38,846 bases of DNA, from contig JAADVB010000180.1 of NCBI GenBank assembly GCA_023334545.1, positions 1-38,846 on the forward strand, read 5' to 3'. Made by a program: the position numbers and the translations under genes. Below are positions 19,541-30,500 of the stretch, in pieces. The stretch comes from Salisapilia sapeloensis CBS 127946 (lineage: Eukaryota > Protista > Oomycota). Under the pieces are notes generated by a model. It was not told where the DNA came from, ran no database searches, and was given only the letters and a program-made list of their open reading frames with translations. Within the stretch, counting starts at the first letter, position 1; every line of letters starts with the position of its first letter.

Positions 19541-19700
19541 AGAATAAAAGCAAATCAAGTCGATTTCGTTCTTGCATGCTACTTCCCAAAAAAGAAAAAG
19601 AAAGAAAAACTAAACGTAGTCGGAAAGCACGATGCCTGTTTCTCCTTTCTTAACGTGTTCGATCTCGAGTGCACTCGACAGATGAAAACAGCAAAGCTGC

Positions 19701-20186
19701 TTATTCGGCGGAAGCGCCAGTGTCCTCCTTCTTGGCGACAATCTGCTCCGTGCCACAGGCCTTGAGCACCGTGACAACGAGCTGCTTGCCTTCGTCAAAG
19801 TCCTCACGGATCTCATCGCCGAACGTTTCCGGGAACGTCGGGAGCTTGATGTCCTCACGGGTGTCACCAGACTCGTCCATGAGCGTAACAAAGTCGTCGT
19901 CGTGGATGTCGAGGAGCGTGTACTCGGCACGGGAGACGAACGGAACGCTCGTGGTGTGCGTGGACGGCACGATATCTTCGTACTTCTTGTTCGTGAAAAT
20001 GTCGAGAGCCGTGAAGTTACACTTGGCGTGACCGTGCTTGCCGGTCTTGGACGTCGAGACGCTCACGACCTTGCACGGGTGGCCCTTGATCATGATGAAG
20101 CCACCCTTGCGGATCTGTCCGGCTTCGCTCGGGTACGTCTCAGACGCACCGGCGTCAGTGGATTCAAAAGCGTAGTCGTCAGACAT
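19701..20186 (-). CDS. EIF5A: Translation factor eIF5A
   Basis: ATG 20186 (MSDDYAFES); hypusine-site motif STSKTGKHGHAKC; 5'-UTR intron 20257-20194. Confidence 0.98.
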   Translation of the reverse strand: MSDDYAFESTDAGASETYPSEAGQIRKGGFIMIKGHPCKVVSVSTSKTGKHGHAKCNFTALDIFTNKKYEDIVPSTHTTSVPFVSRAEYTLLDIHDDDFVTLMDESGDTREDIKLPTFPETFGDEIREDFDEGKQLVVTVLKACGTEQIVAKKEDTGASAE

Positions 20187-20440
20187 GATGTAGCTGCGGA
20201 AGGGCAAATATTAGAATGACAAAGGTGGTGGCTCACGAATAAGAAGACGGTACGTACGTTTAAGTGCTTCTCCCGTCGAGTACTTGCCGAAAGTGCGAAT
20301 TGGAGTGCCGACCTTCAGTCTCTAAACCAGTCGATTTGCCACCATACTCAACGCCAGTCAAAGAAAGCGGTATGCTTCCTACGACCTTCGAGCAACATCT
20401 TCTACATTCAAGTCCTCTGCGGTCGTACAACGAAGAAGGC

Positions 20441-20989
20441 ATGGCCGAGCCGCATATGAAGACTGCTGGGGTGAACCAGTACATTCGCAAACCAGAGGAT
20501 GCAGCTACGACAGCGATCACACCATCCGCAGAAGTCGCGACAGAGTTCAAGCAGCTCAAAATGAAGCGTCAATATCGCTATGTACTCTTTAAAATCGTCG
20601 GATCCGACATTGTACCGGATGCCACGGGCGAACGTAGCAAAACGTTTGCTGACTTTATCAAGGCACTGCCAGACTCAGAATGCCGCTATGCTGTCTACGA
20701 GCACGAGTTTTCCACTTCGGACGGGCGTAAAGCCAGCAAACTATTCCTGGTCACGTACATTCCCGAGAACTCGAATCCAGGCAACAAGATGGCGTAGGCA
20801 TATTATCAGATCTACTTGTAAACTTCGTTGACACTTATACGTAGGTATACGCATGCGAAGAAGACGATGCGAGGTGTATGTGATGGCTGCTTTGACGTGG
20901 CAGCAGTTGAGAAGAAGGACATCGAGGCTGGCATGGGTCTCACGAACACGAACGACTCGGACTCGGACAGCGATTTTTCGGACAATTAA
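20441..20989 (+). CDS. ADF/cofilin family actin-depolymerising factor; 2 exons
   Basis: EFKQLKMKRQYRYVLFKI, ECRYAVYE, KLFLVTYIPENS, and KMA/YTHAK across intron 20794-20844; stop 20987-20989. Start uncertain (20441 chosen; another in-frame ATG lies ~70 nt upstream). Confidence 0.88.
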
Positions 20990-21006
20990 AACCAATCTCC
21001 TTCCCA

Positions 21007-22950
21007 TTAACTCGCTAGCTTCCGTTTCTTACGCAGTGCCTGCATCTGCGATCGAATCGCTTGCTCTGCTTCTCGGTCCAGTCGCTTCCGTTCTTGTTCC
21101 TTCCGCTTCCGAGCTTCCTGTTCTTCCCGTTTTTTCCGTTCCGCCGCCACTTTTTCCGCTGCTCGAGAATGCTTCAAGTACACGAAACGAGTGTACTCAG
21201 TGCAGAGCATCTGGAGGATCGCTAGAGCCGGACCTTTACGTTGCTGAAGCATCGTCTCCGCCGTCTCGAGTTTATGCAAAGCATACGGATCGTTTGGTCT
21301 CGTAATCGACTTGGCTTTCTCCAATTGATCGGCTAGTGCTGCCCATAGCTGTGTCGTGTCGTCTGTAGATGGCAGACTGGAAGCCAGACGGATGACCTCT
21401 TGGACATGTCCTAACCACTGCGTCGTCTTCTTCACGTGCACGCGCTCCATCTTCTGTGGCTGCAGTCCTGGTGACGTCTGACAGCCATACGCCTGGATAG
21501 ATGCCAGTTCCTTGGCTGTATCATAGAACGAATGTGGACGTCGACCTCGTCGACTCTCTTTACCAATCGGTGCATGCTTCTCGCCTTCTTGGACACTTTT
21601 TACCGGATTTAGATAAGCTCCTCCGTTCTTAAAACTACTACGCTTGACAGACTTTTCTACATCCTTTTGATCCTGTCGAGAACCCAAGACTGAGTGCACG
21701 ACGACAGGTGCTTTACATACAGAACAAACGATTCGATCCGGTAGACTTGGAGCTTCCTTCGGTACTTCCACTTCCTCCCACATGCCATATCGGACCATCG
21801 AAATCGTCTTCTTCCCATTCATGACAGTAGGACTACTCGCTGGCTTCTCTCGTGCAACTGACTGCCGCTTCGTGCACTTCCAATGCTGCTCGTGACCAGC
21901 TTGGCAATGGAAGATGTGCTGTCGCTGCTGGATCGGCTCCTTGCAGACGTCACACGCGTGGATCTGTGTGACTGGGCCGTTGAATCGACCGATATGACGC
22001 GATGGATCAAAGGTAGAACGTAACGCAGCTTGGAGAGATGTGTCTTGTACGAGATGAAGAGACGAAAGGTCGTACACGTACTCTAGCTGTCGTACTTGGT
22101 CTAGATAGAGCTGCAGTGCCTGGAGATGACGAATTGGAAACTCCTTTGGCTGCTTTTTGGAGTTCTCTTTCCCTTCGATGCACGTCCGAACTAGTACTTT
22201 TGTCATGTCTTCTAGGACGTTCATGACGGAAGAGTAGTCTTGGAGCTGATCGCGGATATCAGCTAGCTCTTGCCGCTTGTCAGAACCGATCAACCGGTCC
22301 ATGGCAGTAGATGCCAGACTCGATAACAGTGTAGTGATGTCGAAGCGAGGCGACTGATGCCGATCGCAATAGATGTGGACTGCGTTGAATGGAACGTCTA
22401 AAGACATGTACGCTTTATCGCCTTTGGCACAATGCGGATGGAAGAAACGAGCACAGTCGATGAGACGGCAACGGAGCATACGGCCTTTATCAGAGTTACA
22501 GATATAGCAATGAGACTGCAATGCATTGAATGCAAGGGACGTGGACGAACGATCTGTTGTGTACGATTGCCACTGAGAGCAGAGCGAGTGCACGAGCGAG
22601 GCAGTATTGTCATTCGAGTCAGAAGACGAGACTTGGAGAGTATGTGGAGTTGCTTGGCAGCAGATAATACACTGAGCGTCTTGACGAAGGATACCATGAG
22701 AGCAGAGTTGGCAATTAAATGACGTGCTGTCGCCAACGCACTCGTCATGCACGTGGATGTGGCAAGTCTCACACTGCTGCTTATCCTTGTCAGTAGTCTC
22801 ATTTCCACAGACAACACATAAGACATCATCTGGAAGCTCTGTGTTCATAGTTTCCTCCGATATGACATCAGTTGTGCTGCTAGTGTCCACACGCAGAGCA
22901 GACGCTTCTGCTTTGGCATGCTCTTCCATTGGCATGCTAGCTTCCTGCAT
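21007..22950 (-). CDS. Multi-PHD-finger chromatin protein (PHD plus extended PHD, PZP-like, plus a third PHD-like finger)
   Basis: CVVC...CETCHIHVHDEC...CQLC (C4HC3); CIICC...VHSLC...CYIC...CRLIDC...FHPHC...YCDRH (HC5HC2H-type ePHD); CDVC...C...HWKC...CSVC; basic coiled-coil C-terminus. Likely ATG 22950. Confidence 0.85.
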   Translation of the reverse strand: MQEASMPMEEHAKAEASALRVDTSSTTDVISEETMNTELPDDVLCVVCGNETTDKDKQQCETCHIHVHDECVGDSTSFNCQLCSHGILRQDAQCIICCQATPHTLQVSSSDSNDNTASLVHSLCSQWQSYTTDRSSTSLAFNALQSHCYICNSDKGRMLRCRLIDCARFFHPHCAKGDKAYMSLDVPFNAVHIYCDRHQSPRFDITTLLSSLASTAMDRLIGSDKRQELADIRDQLQDYSSVMNVLEDMTKVLVRTCIEGKENSKKQPKEFPIRHLQALQLYLDQVRQLEYVYDLSSLHLVQDTSLQAALRSTFDPSRHIGRFNGPVTQIHACDVCKEPIQQRQHIFHCQAGHEQHWKCTKRQSVAREKPASSPTVMNGKKTISMVRYGMWEEVEVPKEAPSLPDRIVCSVCKAPVVVHSVLGSRQDQKDVEKSVKRSSFKNGGAYLNPVKSVQEGEKHAPIGKESRRGRRPHSFYDTAKELASIQAYGCQTSPGLQPQKMERVHVKKTTQWLGHVQEVIRLASSLPSTDDTTQLWAALADQLEKAKSITRPNDPYALHKLETAETMLQQRKGPALAILQMLCTEYTRFVYLKHSRAAEKVAAERKKREEQEARKRKEQERKRLDREAEQAIRSQMQALRKKRKLAS

Positions 22951-23204
22951 ATTATAATCCGGCAATGTATAGCGCAAAGACTTCTACTATCGACTTGTCG
23001 ACTTTTTACGTGTACTAAAGCTCTAGCGGACGTAAATACCGATGAAAGACGCCTCGGCTCCCGCCCAATCGCACAATGTGCCCTAGGCGTCCGGATGTCT
23101 TAAAGCCGTCGAATTACTCTAATTCCTATCTAATGGAACCGATAGAAAGGGTAATCGCACCAATCGGAATGCTTTATTTGGAACTTGCTTGTCAAATGCG
23201 ATCT

Positions 23205-24657
23205 TTAGGAGAAGTTCCCATTGCCCACTCTCCTGTTCTTGTATGTCGGATCGTCCTGATGGAGCTGGTAGCGTAGTACATTGTATCTGCATAGAGCATC
23301 GTCAATGTTCACGTACGTTCCTTGGAGATGGCGCACTCCACTGGAAGCAAGTGAGAATTCCTTGCGTCCATGGAGAACACGGCGTTGGTTGAAAATGACC
23401 GTATCACCTTCCTCGAGTCGGAATTGCACAAGGAACTTGCCTCCTTCGACCAAATCATGCATAGCCTTATACGCCTCATAATAAGGCATGACATCCTCGA
23501 ATGGAACCTTTAAAGGACCTTCAAAAGGCGGACTCCAATGCACCGCGATAACTTCATCTCGATGATTCAGCTGGATGTGCGGTCGCTGATACTGCATGAT
23601 CGTCGGATTACTCCTCTCGACATTGTACTTCTGGAACGTCGCAGGCACACGACACAATGTCTTAAAGTACTGTGGATACGTACGACGTAATTCATTCGCG
23701 ACGGCAAAGACATCGACAAACGTCGAGTCGCCACCTCGGACATTCTTATCAAATCGCAGCGCATGCAAGAACTGTAGTCCAGGAGGAGATTCATAGTAGG
23801 CTAGATCTAGATGATGACGCAAGTGATTCGACGTATAAGCAATGTTCACCGGGTCCGGCTCCGCGATCACGTTAAAGACGTCTCCGTACTGGAACGAATG
23901 AGAGAGCGGCGCAATGCGTTCAGCAATCCGCTTCACCTCATTCTCTTCCAACGGAGTGTTCTTCACGACAGCAAAGCCGTGTTCGACAATGCGATGGAGT
24001 AGTTGGAATAGCCCTTCATCCTTGTTTGTCGTGTCCATCACGTGTTCATACGAGACTTGCGGGATCTCATCCTGCTTGTGTAGACTTGTCGTCGTCATAT
24101 CCTTTGCCTCTTGTTCTAGTTTTTCATCCGAGTAACTGTTCTCTTGCAGCCAGGACCAGTCAAAGACGCTTTCATGCATATCTGGCTTCCACACGACATG
24201 CAGAGATCGACCTTTGACTAGCAAGAGATGAGTCTATATCCCCATGCACATGACAGACATACGTACTAAAAATATCTTCCACGTCCAGCTTCTTCCTGTC
24301 AATATCGTTGCTATTAATCAGTCGCTGCCCAGTTTCATGCTGGCACTTGGGGCACGGACACCACGTCCGGAGGTGGAGCAAGTGGAAACGGTCTTTGCTC
24401 CCGTCATCCCATTTGAGCGTCAAGTACTCTGGGTTCTGCACATCCATTGCTTTGAGCTATGCATACAAAGCAGTGAGAACACAGACACTTGTCATGGAGG
24501 CATGGACACGTTACAGTGCGCTCAGCAGTCGACAAGGAGCGTCGAGCATACGCTTTCGCTATGCATAATACATCAGTTGTCTAGTAATTGCAGAGCTACG
24601 AAAGCAAGTACAGGCAGGTAGGAGACGCTTCGAAACGGTATGGATGAGGGAACGCAT
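23205..24657 (-). CDS. Gamma-butyrobetaine dioxygenase / trimethyllysine hydroxylase-like 2OG-Fe(II) oxygenase (TauD family), mitochondrial presequence; 4 exons
   Basis: ATG 24657 MRSLIHTVSKRLLPASKAYARRSLST (spliced); GBBH N-terminal Zn motif HLRTWCPCPKCQH; HLDLAYYESPPGLQFLH (HxD), DSTFVD, NQRRVLHGR (distal His). Confidence 0.9.
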
Positions 24658-24748
24658 GACAAGTACTAGGCAGATGAGCAAGTGACGATGTAAACGCAAG
24701 CACAAGGTCGTGAAAATCTTGAAACGATGTAGATTCATCTACTTAGGC

Positions 24749-25694
24749 CTAGAGACTCTCGCCATGCGCAATCAAGCGCTGTAGGAATTCATGCACTTGT
24801 TCACAGTCTTTTAGCGTATACGAAGCAGCAGTGTCTTTACTCGTATCCGTGACGACGATACCGACGCCTTGATGCGACGGATCGTCGGGCGATCGAAGGA
24901 CACGGAAAGCATCTTCGTCCGTCGTGTCGTCGCCAATGTAAATCGTGAAGACGTTGCTCGTGTCCTCGACTTCAAGAGCTGACAAGAGCCATTTCAAGGC
25001 AGCACCCTTGTGCCAATCGATCTTGGGCTTGAACTCATGCACCATCTTACCCTGGTTAAAGCTACATATCGGTCAGGAGACGATGGAAGGAATTAATAGA
25101 GGGAGGATATACCGAATCTTAGGGTACTTTTCCGCCACGGACGATGCGATCTCTGCAATCTTGTCATGTAAAGCCTCGTCGACGTTCCTATTGACTCGTT
25201 AGCCATGGGGTGAAGTATCTTATAAAGCAAAAGACGAACCGGTAGTGGAGCGAGATGGAGAACAAGTTGTCTTCCACTTCGGCGTTTTCAATATCTTTTA
25301 CACCTTCCCGTAAATCGTCTCGGAGACCAGCCAAGTCTGGCAAGAAGTCTGCCGCAACTTGGTTCTTCAATGGCGTGCCGTTCGGTCCGGCAATGTCGAA
25401 GCCGTGACTGCCGGCATAGTACAATTGTGGGATGTTCATGAACTCCTGGATCTTTTCTAGTGACCGACCAGTGATGACACCAGTGATAAAGAGCTCGCTT
25501 AAACGCTCGACGCTCGCACGCGCCTCGGGCGTAATGCGTGCCGCCGACGGGTCACTTACTATCGGTGTCAAGGTGCCATCATAGTCGAGAAAGATGGCTA
25601 ATTTATATCCAGCAAAGCGCTTCGCGAGATCATCGAAGTTTTCAATAGCATTCGATGCTTCGACTGCAAGCCGCGACGTCGTACTCGTGTCCAT
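24749..25694 (-). CDS. Stand-alone trehalose-6-phosphate phosphatase (HAD superfamily); 3 exons
   Basis: FLDYDGTLTPIV, ITGRS, YYAGSHGFDI, VEDNLFSISLHYR, EFKPKIDWHKGAAL, YIGDDTTDEDAF. Confidence 0.93.
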
Positions 25695-25881
25695 GGTCCT
25701 AGTAAATCCTGAAGTGCGTTCTACCTCGTTCGGACGCGATCCTACAGCTCTTCTCTTCAGGATTGTATGTCGGCTACAACATGACCTTGAAGTTTGTCCC
25801 GTAGAAACACTTGCAAATCTTCGTGAGACTATTCAGCACATTCTGCCACACGAAATAAGACCACAGGAGCGAGGAGGAGAC

Positions 25882-27417
25882 ATGGTATTAGCCGAGCTCG
25901 GGACACGTCTACAGGGCGCTCTAGCCAAGTTGAACAGGTCGACAGTCGTCGACGATGAAGTCTTTAATAATATACTTAAAGAGATTTGTGGGGCATTGCT
26001 CGAAGCCGACGTACAGGTCAAGTTCGTCCGAGAGCTGCGAGATAATGTGAAGCTCGCAGTGAATTTAGAGGACTCGGCGTCCGGTGTGAACCGCCGCCGA
26101 CTGATCCAGAAGGCTGTGATGGATCAACTCACGCGTATGTTGGAACCGGAAGCAAAGCCTTATAAGATGCGCAAGGGCCAGACAAACGTCGTCATGTTTG
26201 TCGGTTTACAAGGTAGTGGTAAGACCACGAGCATTGGTAAATTCGCGCATTATTACCAGCGAAAGGGATGGAAGACTAGTATGGTCTGTGCAGATACATT
26301 CCGTGCTGGTGCGTTCGACCAGCTCAAGCAGAACGCCACGAAGCTCCGTATTCCTTTCTACGGTAGCTACACGGAAGCCGATCCCGTGCGTATTGCTGAA
26401 GAAGGTGTCTCGCAGTTCCGTCGTGAAGGCTATGAGCTCATCCTCGTCGATACGAGTGGTCGACACAAGCAAGAGGAAGATTTGTTTGCCGAAATGAAGG
26501 AAGTCTCGGCCGCAGTGCAGCCGGATGACATTGTCTTTGTGATGGACTCGAGCATCGGTCAGGCTGTACACGACCAAGCGAGTGCATTCCGTAGCGCCGT
26601 GGACGTCGGGAGCGTCGTGATCACGAAACTCGACGGTCATGCCAAGGGTGGTGGTGCCCTTAGTGCCGTCGCCGCGACCAACTCACCCATCATCTTCTAC
26701 GGTACTGGCGAACACTTTGCTGATTTAGAACCGTTTGTACCGAAAAGCTTTGTCAGTCGATTGCTCGGCATGGGCGACATGCAAGGACTGATGGAAGAAG
26801 TCAAGAGCAGCGGGATGCTCGACAATCAAGAAGAGATGGTGGAAAAATTCCAGAAAGGAGTCTTTACCCTACGTGACATGTACAAGCAGTTCCAGAGTGT
26901 CATGAAGATGGGACCTCTGTCGAAAGTTATGTCGATGATCCCAGGACTGCCACAAGGCATGAACCAGATGCTGAGTGCCGGAGGAGGCGAGGAAGAAGCA
27001 TCGAAGAGACTCCGTCGATTCCTCTACATGATGGACAGTATGACGGACGCTGAGCTGGATGGACAGGTGCAGCTAACTTCTTCTCGACAGGAACGTGTGG
27101 CTAAAGGCTCTGGCTGCCAGCCTTTCGAAGTTGACTTTTTGCTCAAGTGCCACAAACAGTTTTCGACGGTTGTCAGTCGCATGGGCAAGAGTGGGCTCAT
27201 GAAGAACGGTGATCAGGCACTTGGGAAGCAGATGCAGCGGAACCCGAATGCTGTCATGCAACAGCTTTCGAAGGCCATGGATCCTAAGATGCTGCAGCAA
27301 ATGGGCGGTCCGCAGAACATGATGAAGATGATGCGTCAGATGCAGAGCGACCCGAACGCCATGGCGAATATGGCTGGTATGTTTGGCGGTGGCAATGGCG
27401 GCGGCATGCCGTTCTAG
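25882..27417 (+). CDS. SRP54: Signal recognition particle 54 kDa GTPase
   Basis: True start MVLAELG at 25882; GLQGSGKTT, DTFRAGA, DTSGRH, TKLDG; Met-rich M domain. Confidence 0.98.
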   Translation: MVLAELGTRLQGALAKLNRSTVVDDEVFNNILKEICGALLEADVQVKFVRELRDNVKLAVNLEDSASGVNRRRLIQKAVMDQLTRMLEPEAKPYKMRKGQTNVVMFVGLQGSGKTTSIGKFAHYYQRKGWKTSMVCADTFRAGAFDQLKQNATKLRIPFYGSYTEADPVRIAEEGVSQFRREGYELILVDTSGRHKQEEDLFAEMKEVSAAVQPDDIVFVMDSSIGQAVHDQASAFRSAVDVGSVVITKLDGHAKGGGALSAVAATNSPIIFYGTGEHFADLEPFVPKSFVSRLLGMGDMQGLMEEVKSSGMLDNQEEMVEKFQKGVFTLRDMYKQFQSVMKMGPLSKVMSMIPGLPQGMNQMLSAGGGEEEASKRLRRFLYMMDSMTDAELDGQVQLTSSRQERVAKGSGCQPFEVDFLLKCHKQFSTVVSRMGKSGLMKNGDQALGKQMQRNPNAVMQQLSKAMDPKMLQQMGGPQNMMKMMRQMQSDPNAMANMAGMFGGGNGGGMPF

Positions 27418-27522
27418 ATAACCAAAAATAAAAACGGTAGCTCAGTTTTACATACTGCTTGGTCCAGATTGGTTCTAAAAGTAGATGACGATGGGTGTAA
27501 CGATCTGACACTTCATGCGGCG

Positions 27523-30500
27523 ATGAAAGTCGGAAACATGGACTACCCGCCATCAGGTGCACGACCGATGCGCCCACCACCGCACCCCGGACAACCGTTG
27601 CGGACGTTCGTCCATAAGAGCGCACGCTCATTGCTGCAGCATGTTCGAAAGATCGGACCGGGTCGGAAGGATCTACGAAATGCAAATCCCAAGACGATTC
27701 GAAGTATGAGACGAGTGCATCGAGACTTTGAGTCTGTAAAGCCACTCCCATCCAACTTGGTCCAGCAAGACTATGGATGGGTGATTACGCCGAAAGCGGC
27801 GTGGAAAGTCAAGTGGGATCTGTGGATTGGACTTATTATCGTTTATACGATCATCTTGGTGCCCTATCGAATCGGCTTTGCGATTGAACTCGAGCAATGG
27901 GAACAGATACTCAATTATCTTTTTGATGCTAGCTTTGGACTAGACATGGTCTTGACATTCTTCACAGGTTTCTACGACGACGACGTCTTTGTGTATCAGT
28001 ATGGGAAGATTGCTAGGCGGTACTTTCAAAGTTGGTTTTTTGTCGACCTCGTGTCGTGCCTCCCGTTGGACTCACTCATTGAAGCTGCATCAACTGGGAA
28101 TTCATCCTTGCTATCGTTCAAACTCTTTCGCACTGTTCGCCTCTTTCGACTGCTAAAGCTCATTCGAGTACTGCGACTCAAGCGGACATTTCAAACCGTT
28201 CAGATGAATGCTTTGAACGCCCATGTCTTGCAAACAATGAGATCTCTCATGGTCATTATCTTTATCATACACCTTGTCTCTTGCGGGTGGTACATGTTCT
28301 ATACGTGGGATACAACTGGGTCAAACTGGGTGACTGGTAACTATCCAGATGGACTGAAGCATACGTATCTTGTCAGCTTCTACTGGGTTGCCAACACCAT
28401 GATGTCCGTCGGATATGGAGATATCACAGCAGTCACAGACGGAGAAAGGATATACTCGATCTTTGTCGAATGTCTCGGCTCCGTGTGCGTCGGTCTCATC
28501 ATTGCAAATATTCAAATGCTGACAGACAACTTGAATCCACGAGGTGCCGAAATGAACAACAAAGTACAGGAAACGAAAGAGTTTTTATCGAAGAGTAATA
28601 TCCCAAGACGAATGCGACAACGGATCATTTCGCAATTCGAGTATCACTGGAATCGCCGATCGGTATTTGATGAAGATGAACTACTGGACAAGTTTCCCAT
28701 GAGCTTGCAATATGAAATCCTTGCTTCCTCGATGGATTCGTTCGTCCACACGTTTCCATTCTTTGGTGCCACTAGTGTCGACTTTTTCATCGAAGTCATT
28801 CCAAAGCTACGCCCGATATTACTCGGCCCGACGCAAAATTTGGTGGACGCTGAAAGTGTATGGGAAGAGATCTACTTTATATGTAATGGAACAGTGGACG
28901 CTTTGCGAGGAAATCTGGTCGTTGGTAGTCTTACCACAGGTGACATATGCGGCATCGAGTACCTTGTGACGGACCGTAAGCGCTACTTGCACACATATCG
29001 ATCTGTCTCCAAGACAGAGTTATATGCTATCCACAGCGTTGACATGATCGAAGCACTTCCAAAATGCGAAGTTGCAGAGCACTACTTACGAGATCTGTCC
29101 ATCATCTTGCATGACAGATACACAGAGAGCGCAAGTAGACCTCGAAAGCCACTTGTGCGCCAGGAAGGCTCTTTACGCTCTTCAAAGAGGAAATCACAGA
29201 GAGGTCCGGAGCTTTATGCTCAATATCGGCACCGCAAGTCTTACTCGGCCAAACATACATTGGAACAAATTCACCCATTTACAGCCTCGCGTATAAATGA
29301 AGAAGAGGATGGGCCTCACTGGTCTATTATACGCCATTATTCTAAGTGGCGAATCGCATGGGATGTTTTCATAGGCATCCAAGTTGCTTTTATTGCTCTC
29401 TCGGTACCATTTCGTATATCCTTCGATTTGGCAGACACGATGCATCTTATTGTACTTGATCGCACGGCCGATTGCTGCTTTCTATTCGACATTTTGATCA
29501 GCTTCTTTACAAGCTACGTCGACGAAACTGGCGTGGAAGTCTTAAACGTTGTTGACATTCGCAAACATTATTTAAAAACCACTTTCCTTCTCGATGTTAT
29601 ATCGACCATCCCATTTGATGTTATCGTGGATTCCGTGGCATCCTCGGAGCACTTACGCTCGCTTATGTTATTTCGTACCATCAAACTGATTAAACTACTT
29701 CGGCTTATGCGTATCTCCAAACTTTTCAAGGTAGCGGCGCAGTGGGCCTCGGAGTTTGATGTGAATACGGACACCATTCGTCTACTGAAGATACTGTTAC
29801 CGACATTCGTGATCGCCCACTATGTCGGATGCTTTTGGCATTATATTGCCATAGACAGTCTGGACGATGGATGGCTGAAGCATTCGACACCTCCGTTAAC
29901 AGAACAGAATTCCACCGCCACACGCTACATTGCCTCCTTGTACTGGGCGGCAACTACCATGACGACCGTTGGTTTTGGAGATATTGTAGCTATCAACATC
30001 TATGAGCAAGTGTACTCTACGATCGTCATGATCGGTGGGACTACAGTATTTGCTTATGTCGTGGGCACGGTCATTGAAGTGGTGAGCAACTCCAAATCGC
30101 TCACAAATCGAGAGCGCAACATGGGTCAGCGTGTGAATGAGTATATCAAGGAGCGTGGCGTGTCCAGTGAATTTATCAAAGCCTGCCATGAGCATCTACG
30201 TTTCCTCAACGGCGAGAAGACGCTGTTTAATGAAAAGCAATTATTCGATTCGCTTTCGCACTCCCTTCGGAGCGAACTGATTCTGTACTTAAACAATGGT
30301 ATCCTCTCCAACACTCGCTTCTTTGAGAAGAAACCGAAATGGTTTCTGTCGCTCATCTTGCCAAGGATGCAGCCCCAATATTTCTTACCAGGCGACTTGC
30401 TCATTTACAATGGAAACTTGGTCAGCGGCATCTTTTTTCTCATCCATGGCGTTGTCATAGCCAAAGAACCAGTAAAAGATGAAGTAACGCTTCCTTCAAC

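Noticed and set aside
20264-20440. Long N-terminal extension of ADF in the ORF track
   Set aside because: Non-ATG start overlapping the predicted first non-coding exon of eIF5A on the opposite strand.
20795-20797. Apparent premature stop truncating ADF (pseudogene?)
   Set aside because: The TAG lies in intron 20794-20844; splicing restores KMAYTHAK.
25594-25881. 96 aa N-terminal extension of SRP54 overlapping the TPP gene antisense
   Set aside because: SRP54 family starts at MVLAELG (25882); the extension is an open antisense frame of TPP and the shared promoter.
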